Part shown: one piece after another, positions 8,634 to 16,212 of the stretch | Numbering within the stretch: the first letter of the stretch is position 1 | Layout: the number at the start of each line of letters is the position of its first letter | Source: a virus | Lineage: Duplodnaviria > Heunggongvirae > Uroviricota > Caudoviricetes | Virus record (IMG/VR): IMGVR_UViG_3300031998_000001 | Span: 301,064 to 365,063 of that record | Length of the DNA stretch: 64,000 bases | Strand: one strand, 5' to 3' | Notes under the pieces: generated by a model | What the model was told of the DNA's origin: nothing | What the model saw: the letters and a program-made list of their open reading frames with translations, nothing else | The model's database searches: none | Translations under genes and position numbers: made by a program

Positions 8634-8711
8634 CGCATTGGAGAGATAGAGGACTTGCCTTCTAAACAAGCAGTACGGGGGAACTTGCATCCGACCTCCG
8701 TTTCAATGCGG
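8634..8711 (+). pseudogene. Degenerate tRNA-Arg(TCT)-like element
   Basis: CGCATTG/CAATGCG acceptor and CTTG-CCTTCTAAA-CAAG arm; D and T arms are abnormal. Confidence 0.4.
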
Positions 8712-8790
8712 TAGAACTCCGCTCCCGTGACAGCGACGAATGATGCAATAGCGGTTCACGGGATACCTCAAGAAACTTCATTTTTCAAAA

Positions 8791-8863
8791 GCCACAATAG
8801 TTCAACTGGTAGAACGGCGGTATCGTAAACCGCAGGTTGCTGGTTCAATTCCTGCTTGTGGCT
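8791..8863 (+). tRNA. tRNA-Thr(CGT)
   Basis: Loop ATCGTAA. Confidence 0.9.
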
Positions 8864-9059
8864 CAACAATTTCGGGGGCTTGCAACGCTGCCACTGCGGG
8901 TGGAAGCCAGCGACAAGAACTTGTGTGAAGCCGAAACGCAGTCCTTCGGGAGAGGGGCGAAGGGGCAAGCGAGATGTGTCCCACTTTTTTAAAGTAACAG
9001 GCTTTAATAAATATTTATCATTCCCGAAAGGCTGTGCGGAACAGCCTCTCGGCTTTTAC

Positions 9060-9132
9060 GGGGATTTAGTTCAGTTGGTAGAACATCTGGTTCGCAATCA
9101 GAAGGTCGCGGGTTCGACTCCCGCAATCTCCA
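9060..9132 (+). tRNA. tRNA-Ala(CGC)
   Basis: Loop TTCGCAA and G3:U70 pair. Confidence 0.92.
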
Positions 9133-9138
9133 CACGGA

Positions 9139-9210
9139 TGGGCGATAGTGTAATTGGTAACACAACGGTCTCTGAAGCCGTTATAGCAGGTTCGAGTCCT
9201 GCTCGCCCAA
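9139..9210 (+). tRNA. tRNA-Gln(CTG)
   Basis: Loop CTCTGAA and U1-A72 pair. Confidence 0.92.
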
Positions 9211-9367
9211 CGACAAAAATCAATCATCTGTAGATTACATACTGTTTTTAGTTGTAATTGAAGCGACCGCCGTGAGGCGGACGCAGGCTGGCGGTTGGAT
9301 AATGACGCGTAAAGGCGGTTGTGAAAGCCAACGGAAAGCACTACATCGTTAAGTGCCAGCCACCATA

Positions 9368-9503
9368 ATAGGCAGCCGTACTGCCGAATACAAGCCTGTG
9401 GAGAACCCAACCGTGGATGACCGTTGCGTAAGCAACCTAAAAAGCGGTGGTTCTGCGAAGCAGGAAGGAAATGCCTAAATTTCATTAGGTTTCTCCATAC
9501 GGT
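9368..9503 (+). ncRNA. TnpB omegaRNA-like cassette, copy 2
   Basis: ATAGGCAGCCGTACTGCC...GAAGCAGGAA...CCATACGGT, shared by four copies. Confidence 0.65.
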
Positions 9504-9760
9504 ATGACAGCCTCTAACCGTAGCACATTACAAAACAAACGCTGTCATTACATAAATGGTCAGAGGCATAACGCCGAGCGCAGGTATGGTATGCGTTCAA
9601 GTCGCAGTCACGGAAGCCCCAGATAAAAATGGGAGGTGCTTGCGGTCAAGCGAGTGGTCAGCGGGCTTGCACTCGGTGTGGCAACAATGGTCGTTTCCGA
9701 ACTTACGACCATTCAAAAAGATAAGGTAGTGGCTTGGGAGGGAAAAGAAACTCTCGATAC

Positions 9761-9832
9761 GCTCCTTTCGTCTAACGGTCAGGACGCGAGATTCTCAATC
9801 TCGTAATGCGGGTTCGATTCCCGCAGGGAGTA
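9761..9832 (+). tRNA. tRNA-Glu(CTC)
   Basis: Loop TTCTCAA. Confidence 0.92.
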
Positions 9833-10039
9833 CAATGGCGAACACACGACAATCCAAACTGAAGGGGAACTGGAAAACCCTCGCTCCGAGATAACATCAG
9901 CGCAGAGAGGTTGGTGAGGCAACCGTAAAAGTAATCCTGTGTGCAAGCAAGAAGGAAGTTCGGGTTCAAGTCCCGATGAGGATTATTGTTGAAGAGGGAT
10001 ATGATTCAACCATAGCACTTATGGTGCTGTGCAAGGGTT

Positions 10040-10175
10040 ATAGGCAGCCGTACTGCCGAATACAAGCCTGTGGAGAACCCAACCGTGGATGACCGTTGCC
10101 TATGCAACCTAAAAAGCGGTGGTTCTGCGAAGCAGGAAGGAAATGCCTAAATTTCATTAGGTTTTTCCATACGGT
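10040..10175 (+). ncRNA. TnpB omegaRNA-like cassette, copy 3
   Basis: Nearly identical to copy 2 but with a different 3' flank. Confidence 0.65.
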
Positions 10176-10213
10176 ATCACTACTCGCGGTGGATGTGGAA
10201 ATAACCGCGATTT

Positions 10214-10287
10214 GGTCAGTTGGTGAAGTTGGTTATCATACCTGCCTGTCACGCAGGTGTTCACGAGTTCGAGTCTCGTACTGACCG
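10214..10287 (+). tRNA. tRNA-Asp(GTC)
   Basis: Loop CTGTCAC. Confidence 0.92.
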
Positions 10288-10446
10288 CAGACAAAGACAA
10301 AGAACGAGAGGACTTGTATGACTTGCAAATGTCACGGACTCAAACAAGAAAAGTTTATAGGCTATTAGAGGATGACTGTTTCTTTAATTTGTTTTCTTGT
10401 ACTGAAGGTCATCACTGCCGTGCCACCAAGCCGTGCAAGTCCAAAT

Positions 10447-10520
10447 GGTGCGTTAGTTCAGTTGGTTAGAATGCCAGCCTGTCACGCTGGAGGTCGCGGG
10501 TTCGAGTCCCGCACGCACCG
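10447..10520 (+). tRNA. tRNA-Asp(GTC), second divergent copy
   Basis: Loop CTGTCAC. Confidence 0.93.
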
Positions 10521-10555
10521 CAATAATCTGGATATAGGCAAATTACACATATCAT

Positions 10556-10780
10556 ATTGTTGTGGCATACCGTATCACGGGTGCTGACAATCAGGGGAAA
10601 GAGGTTCTGAACATTGATGAGATTGTTGTGGCATACCGTATTACGGGTGCTGACAACGGAAGTACGCGGAGTTCGCTCAATATGATGATTGTTGTGGCAT
10701 ACCGTATTACGGGTGCTGACAACGAACTACCAAAAGGCGGCAAAATGATAATTGTTGTGGCATACCGCAGGACGGATGCC
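10556..10780 (+). CRISPR. CRISPR array 2: 4 repeats (last one a truncated variant) and 3 spacers (30, 30, 27 bp)
   Basis: Repeats at 10556, 10622, 10688 and 10751; flanked by tRNA-Asp and tRNA-Arg. Confidence 0.97.
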
Positions 10781-10788
10781 ATCATACT

Positions 10789-10860
10789 GGCTTGATAGTT
10801 CAATGGATAGAACGGCGGTTTCCTAAACCGTAGATTCGGGTTCGATTCCCGGTCGGGCTA
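10789..10860 (+). tRNA. tRNA-Arg(CCT)
   Basis: Loop TTCCTAA. Confidence 0.9.
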
Positions 10861-10952
10861 CAAAAAATCCGCTTTCAAACTTGCGCACGCCTTTATGTCG
10901 GCTAAACGGGTGTTATGCGCAAGTCCCTGAAACGGGGCTTGCAAACGACTAC

Positions 10953-11023
10953 ACAGGTGTAGTTTAATGGTAGAATGGTGGTCTCCAAAACCATAGGTGA
11001 GGGTTCGATTCCTTCCACCTGTG
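10953..11023 (+). tRNA. tRNA-Trp(CCA)
   Basis: Loop CTCCAAA. Confidence 0.92.
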
Positions 11024-11193
11024 CAACAAAGCCCGCCGAAATGTGCGCACGAGTAGGCGGGAGCGTACCTATCCGAAGCAAACCGCAGTCCCCCAACAAA
11101 TATACACACTGCGGCTGTAAAGTTCGGACAGCGAATCGTATGTGTCGCTGGAAGTTCGGTGGCTCTTCGGTTTTATAAGCCACCACTTTTTTT

Positions 11194-11236
11194 CTGAAAT
11201 TCCTATTTATTAACTATATATTAGTGTTGGAAAGGA
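11194..11236 (+). promoter_or_regulatory. Phage promoter CTGAAA-N15-TATATATT upstream of the protease/Cas-lambda operon
   Basis: About 45 bp nearly identical to 51739-51780. Confidence 0.7.
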
Positions 11237-11255
11237 AACATTAAAGCGACAGGCT

Positions 11256-11768
11256 ATGTCAACAAAGATAAAAGTAACATTGGGATTGTTCAGCAAGGCT
11301 GACGACCGCATCTACACAAAGGACAGCATAGAGATGGCTGTCAAGTCATTCAACGAAAGGATAGAGGAAAACGGCTTCGTAACTGGAAGCCTCCGACACG
11401 GAAGCGAAGGGATACCAGTAAGCGGTTGGGAGGCGTTCACTATGCCGTCAAGGATAGAAACTTTGCTCAACGCGGAGGCACTCGAAAACGCAACGCACAA
11501 AATCACAAGTGCCAGCGCAAGCGAGGACGGAAAGAAAATCACTGGCGAGATAGAACTGCTCAACACCCCGAACGGAAGGCTCGTGAAGGATATGCTCTCG
11601 GACGGAGTGAAACTCTATATGTCGCCCCGCGTAATCATAGACGACACTGCGGACGACAGCGGCGAGAATGTCGAAAGGCTCGACAGCATAATGACATTCG
11701 ACATCACCGACACCCCGATATACGAAGACGGGGAGGAACTTGAGATAAACGCAAAATTCAACAGATAG
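11256..11768 (+). CDS. Prohead protease (T4 gp21-like) homolog, divergent
   Basis: RIY..., GSLRH, THKIT, GEIELLNTPNGRLVKDML..GVKLYMSPR and TFDI resemble the gp21/peptidase U9 pattern. Confidence 0.7.
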   Translation: MSTKIKVTLGLFSKADDRIYTKDSIEMAVKSFNERIEENGFVTGSLRHGSEGIPVSGWEAFTMPSRIETLLNAEALENATHKITSASASEDGKKITGEIELLNTPNGRLVKDMLSDGVKLYMSPRVIIDDTADDSGENVERLDSIMTFDITDTPIYEDGEELEINAKFNR

Positions 11769-11789
11769 AAATAATTAAAACAAACGGCA

Positions 11790-14186
11790 ATGGCACACAG
11801 AAAAAAGAAAGATGACGAAGCAACGCTATCGTACAAGTTCAAGGTAAAGGTCATAGAGGGCGACCTGACGGCAGACGACATAACGAAGTGTATCGCGGAA
11901 AACGCGGAGCAGGGCAACCATTTCTCCGAGTTCATACACAAGAACCTGACATCAAAGACAATAGGCGAGTTTGCAAGCCAACTTCCAGCCGAGAAGAGAC
12001 AGTTCGGCTACTACCAGTACGCAATCGGGGGCACGATGCCCGCCAAGAAGAACGCAAGCGACGAGGACAAGCCGAAGGGCGAACTCATAGACTGGTCGAA
12101 AAAGCCGTTCTATGTCCTTTTCTCGAAGGGATACAGCGCGACGCACGCGGTGAACCTGATTTTCAATGTTTACCTGAACTCCGAAGAGGGCAAGGCGTTT
12201 TCGGCAAAGAACTCGATGAACTTGTCAAAAAGCCAGTTCGCGTACAGCGGGTTCGTCCAGATTGTATGCGCCAACTACGCCTCGATGCTGGCGAACGCAC
12301 GCCCAGACAAGATAAAGTTCGAGGAGATAACCGAAGCCACCGATGACGGCACGAAGAAGATGCAGGTCGTAAGGGAGATGGCGGAAAGGTATCTGATGAA
12401 GCCAAAGAACTTCGCCAGCAGGATTGAATACCTCGAAGCAAACAACACGAAGGGCAAGTTCGACAAGACGATACAACGCCTGCGCCTGCTCCAGCCGTTC
12501 TTCGAGAAGAACGAGGAGAGCATAACCGAACTCTACTACGATTTGTCCGTCAAGGCACTTGAACACTCTGGACAATGCACATACAAGGGCGGACGCACAA
12601 TCTCCATACTGGAAATAGGCGACATAAGGATTTCACGCAAGGAAAACGCGAAGGGATACCTGCTCACAATTCCCATAAACAGGAAAAGTGTCGTGTTCGA
12701 CCTGTACGGAAGAAAGGACACGATAGGCGGGGACGGGCGCGACCTCATCGACATAATGAACACGCACGGGAGTTCGTTGCAGTTCACGGCAGACGAGAAC
12801 GACATATACCTGACGATTACAGCGACAAAGAATTTCATCAAGGAGAAGCCGACTTTCAACGAGGATACCGTTCTGGGCGGGGATGTCAACATCAAGCACT
12901 CGTACACGGTATTCAGCGCATCACCGAAGGACATTCCAGACTTCGTTAACTTCTACGAATATTTCGCGAAGGACGGCGAGATAATGAAACTCGCACCGAA
13001 GCCGATGTGGGACTACATCGTTGCCGCAGCAACGAAGTTCCTCACGATACTCCCCATAGAAACGCCAGCGATAAGCGCAACGGTATATGGGAAGAGGACG
13101 GAGGAAGGCATAAGCAGGGCTACATTCAGGGAAACGCAGAAACTCATAGCACTCGAAAAGGCAATCGAAAGGGTTATGAAGCAGGTTTTCGACAAGTACA
13201 ACGACGGCAAGCACCCGCTGGAAGCCATATACATCGGAAACGCAATAAAATACAGAAGGCTCATAAAGGGCTACCTCGCACAGAAAAAGAAATACTATTC
13301 CGCGCACAGCGAATACGACAAGGCGATGGGCTACACCGATGACGACACCGACAGGAAGGAGAATATGGACGAGAGACGCTTCGACGACTCAAAGAAGTTC
13401 AGGTACACCCCAGAGGCGCAGGCGTTGCTCGACACTATGCACACAATCGAGAAGAAGATTGTAGGATGCGTGTCCAACGCAATATCATACGCATACCACA
13501 AGTTCGATGAAAACGGCTTCAATGTGATTGCGCTCGAAAACCTGACCTCCGCCACATTCGCCAAGAAGTACAAGAGCGACAAGCCAGAGAGCATAAAGAA
13601 ACTGCTCAACTTCGACAAGTTGCTCGGCAAGACGCTCGATGAGGCGAAAGCCAGCAAGAGCATATCAAAGCACCCCAACTGGTATGAACTCGTAGCCGAT
13701 GAGAACGGATGCGTATCGGACATAAGGATAACCGACGAAGGTCAGTCCGCTACATACAGAAGTCTGGTGACCGAAACCATTATGAAGGTCTCCCACTTCG
13801 CCGAAACGAAGGACAGGTTCATAGGGCTTGCCAACTCTGGCAGGTTGCAGGTCGGACTCGTGCCGTCCCAGTACACTTCGTACATAGACTCCACCACGCA
13901 CACACTGTACGCGGTAATAGAGGACGGCAAGACCGTACTCGCACCGAAGGAGGTCGTAAGGGCTTCGCAGGAAAGGCACATAAACGGACTGAACGCGGAC
14001 TACAACAGCGCACTCAACCTGAAGTATATGATAACGGATGAGAATTTCAGGAAGACCTTCACATCCGAGACCAGCGCGGACAAGTTCGGATGGGGCAAGC
14101 CGATGTTCAGCCCGACCACCAGAAGTCAGGACGAAGTGTTCTCCGCGATAAAGAAAATCGGGGCGATAACCGTGCTGGAAGATTAG
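11790..14186 (+). CDS. cas12L: Type V CRISPR effector Cas-lambda (Cas12L)
   Basis: 798 aa. RuvC-I GGDVNIKH, RuvC-II IALENL, HFAETKDRFIGLANSG, VPSQYTS and RuvC-III VRASQERHINGLNADYNSALN match Cas-lambda; cognate-style arrays lie upstream. Confidence 0.93.
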   Translation: MAHRKKKDDEATLSYKFKVKVIEGDLTADDITKCIAENAEQGNHFSEFIHKNLTSKTIGEFASQLPAEKRQFGYYQYAIGGTMPAKKNASDEDKPKGELIDWSKKPFYVLFSKGYSATHAVNLIFNVYLNSEEGKAFSAKNSMNLSKSQFAYSGFVQIVCANYASMLANARPDKIKFEEITEATDDGTKKMQVVREMAERYLMKPKNFASRIEYLEANNTKGKFDKTIQRLRLLQPFFEKNEESITELYYDLSVKALEHSGQCTYKGGRTISILEIGDIRISRKENAKGYLLTIPINRKSVVFDLYGRKDTIGGDGRDLIDIMNTHGSSLQFTADENDIYLTITATKNFIKEKPTFNEDTVLGGDVNIKHSYTVFSASPKDIPDFVNFYEYFAKDGEIMKLAPKPMWDYIVAAATKFLTILPIETPAISATVYGKRTEEGISRATFRETQKLIALEKAIERVMKQVFDKYNDGKHPLEAIYIGNAIKYRRLIKGYLAQKKKYYSAHSEYDKAMGYTDDDTDRKENMDERRFDDSKKFRYTPEAQALLDTMHTIEKKIVGCVSNAISYAYHKFDENGFNVIALENLTSATFAKKYKSDKPESIKKLLNFDKLLGKTLDEAKASKSISKHPNWYELVADENGCVSDIRITDEGQSATYRSLVTETIMKVSHFAETKDRFIGLANSGRLQVGLVPSQYTSYIDSTTHTLYAVIEDGKTVLAPKEVVRASQERHINGLNADYNSALNLKYMITDENFRKTFTSETSADKFGWGKPMFSPTTRSQDEVFSAIKKIGAITVLED

Positions 14187-14214
14187 CGCATATTATTCTC
14201 ATATCTAAAATTGG

Positions 14215-14246
14215 AAGGACACCTGCGGACGCGGGTGTCCTTTTTT
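14215..14246 (+). terminator. Intrinsic terminator after cas12L
   Basis: AAGGACACC...GGTGTCCTTTTTT. Confidence 0.8.
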
Positions 14247-14261
14247 CTTAAAATGCCAATT

Positions 14262-14269
14262 TATAAATA
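14262..14269 (+). promoter_or_regulatory. T4-type late promoter TATAAATA (representative; also 4435, 5181, 19007, 30736, 49833, 50793, 53629, 59669, 61728 and minus strand 30639, 37406, 39733, 41379, 51725)
   Basis: Exact T4 gp55 late consensus recurring in AT-rich gaps upstream of genes on both strands. Confidence 0.75.
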
Positions 14270-14325
14270 ATATATAACTTATATTTTACTTTTCATTTTT
14301 GTTTAACTAAAAAGAGATAGACTAT

Positions 14326-15528
14326 ATGAACATCCAGCGGATTAAAATCACAAACCCCGTTGATTTTGAAGAGACCATCCTTAACATACCCGTAGAGAAG
14401 GGTGAGAAGATTTTAAGCAAAGAGCCATACGCGCTCGAACTCCTTAACAGATACCGTGGCATAAGCAGGGACGACATCAAGGCTTGTGCAGAGTTTGAGA
14501 AGTCAAGCGGAACGCAACTCCTCGACAACGCGATAGTGCAGAAGTCTGGCGACAGGTACTACTTTGAACTTTCGCCGAAGTATTCGCTCGTATCGAATGT
14601 GAAGAGCGAGAAGCACATCGACCCGTCACTGTTCGACGAGAACGCACGCTACAGGATGCCCGTCATCGTGACGAAGCAGGCTGGCGGGAAGATTGCCATA
14701 AGCACACAACACAGCCTTATGCTCTCCACGAAGAAGGAACTCATAGAGGCGAGCGCGAAGGCGAAGAAGGAGACCGCTTGGGAGTGTACGATAGAGGCGC
14801 AGGTGAACGGCGGGTATCGCGTTGACATAAACGATGTCAAGTGCTTTATGCCCGGTTCGTTCGCAATGCCGTACAAGTTGAAGGACTACTCCTCGCTTCT
14901 CGGAAAGAAACTCAATGTAGTTCCGATTTCATATTCGGCGCAGCACGACAGCATTGTCGTTTCCCACGTGGACTACCTCAAGATACTCCGCAGTGCCGAA
15001 CTCGTGCAGATTGCAGAGAACCTCGAAGCAGAACCGAACAGGCAGTACAGGGGAACGGTAACGAAGATTGGCGTGAACTACATCCTCGTCACATTCCTCA
15101 ACGCATCCTGCGCGAAGATACCGACAACCGATATGGGAGAGGAACTTACCGCAATGTTCGCCAACAACGAACTTGTGGTCGAGGAGACCGAAATCGACTT
15201 CTACATCGACACGATTATCGACACCCAGACGATTATGGCTACCCAGAACTTCCGTTCAAGGGAAATCTGGAACTCCATAAAGGAAAGCCTCAATGTCGGC
15301 ACGAAGGTTACTGGAACTATCCAGAATGTAAGCGGAAACCTCGTTTTCATCTGGCTGGACGAATATGATGTAATCACGGCTATCGCACGCTTCGAGAACC
15401 ACACATACGAAACTGGCTCGCAGATTGACCTCATCATCAAGAATGTCAATGCCGACAAGCGCATAATCGAGACTTCGGTCGCAAGCAAGCGGTATGACGA
15501 GAGGTTCGGTCGCAGGCAACAGCAGTAG
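14326..15528 (+). CDS. Ribosomal protein S1-like multi-S1-domain protein
   Basis: NGGYRVDINDVKCFMPGS...LLGKKL...IVVSH, followed by further S1-like repeats (YRGTVTKI, VGTKVTGTIQNV). Confidence 0.75.
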   Translation: MNIQRIKITNPVDFEETILNIPVEKGEKILSKEPYALELLNRYRGISRDDIKACAEFEKSSGTQLLDNAIVQKSGDRYYFELSPKYSLVSNVKSEKHIDPSLFDENARYRMPVIVTKQAGGKIAISTQHSLMLSTKKELIEASAKAKKETAWECTIEAQVNGGYRVDINDVKCFMPGSFAMPYKLKDYSSLLGKKLNVVPISYSAQHDSIVVSHVDYLKILRSAELVQIAENLEAEPNRQYRGTVTKIGVNYILVTFLNASCAKIPTTDMGEELTAMFANNELVVEETEIDFYIDTIIDTQTIMATQNFRSREIWNSIKESLNVGTKVTGTIQNVSGNLVFIWLDEYDVITAIARFENHTYETGSQIDLIIKNVNADKRIIETSVASKRYDERFGRRQQQ

Positions 15529-15691
15529 GCAGGGATATTTTTACACATCTTAATACTCGGAGGGCGGAAGCATCCCCAAATGCGCCCGCCCTCATTTTTT
15601 ATGCCGTATGGTGTTATATATAAATATTATATAATAGATTGTTATGATATACCGCATAGCGGGTATTGATAACTGGTATCTTTGCGGAATT

Positions 15692-16192
15692 ATGAAATGG
15701 AAATTCAACAGCAGGACAGGTATGATGGAACCCGAAAGGAAGTCGGGATTCAATGTGAGCGGACGGATGGGCGGAATAATGGTCGAGGACTTCGACAGGC
15801 ATATCCAGTTCCTCATACACTACGGCTCTGACGAGGTGTCGCACTGCGTGGGCTGTACGGCAAGATGCCTCAACCTGTTCGATGTGAACACCGCGAGGAG
15901 AATAGCCGACGAGATAGGGAGGGTGGCGAGAAGCCACAACACCCGCACCAAGTATTCGGACTTCAGGTATCTCGCAAGGGGTATGAAGGTCGATGAGTGC
16001 GAGGGAAACCCCAACCCGCCAGTATCGGGGATGGGCGACATAGAGTTCCCAAGCGACGGCAGACCCGGAAGCGGCGATATGCTCGAAAGACCGAGAAGAA
16101 GGAGAAGGCGCAGGCTTCCTACGGCTATCCAGCCGAAGCAAAAGACGATATTGTCGTTCGACGACTTCGTAAGGGAGAACGACTATAAATAA
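15692..16192 (+). CDS. Hypothetical protein
   Basis: ORF after TATCTTTG (Bacteroidota -7 element); C-terminal ILSFDDFVRE. Confidence 0.55.
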   Translation: MKWKFNSRTGMMEPERKSGFNVSGRMGGIMVEDFDRHIQFLIHYGSDEVSHCVGCTARCLNLFDVNTARRIADEIGRVARSHNTRTKYSDFRYLARGMKVDECEGNPNPPVSGMGDIEFPSDGRPGSGDMLERPRRRRRRRLPTAIQPKQKTILSFDDFVRENDYK

Positions 16193-16212
16193 TAACCAAA
16201 CACTACAAGAAA

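Noticed and set aside
6622-10750. Self-targeting spacers
   Set aside because: No match in the window was noticed, but an exhaustive search was not possible, so nothing is claimed
4700-11200. tmRNA, RNase P RNA or SRP RNA within the island
   Set aside because: Hallmark motifs (tmRNA 5' GGGG..TTCGAC with a tag ORF, GAGGAAAGTCC, the SRP GGAA/AGCAG loop) were not found by eye; an Rfam scan is still needed
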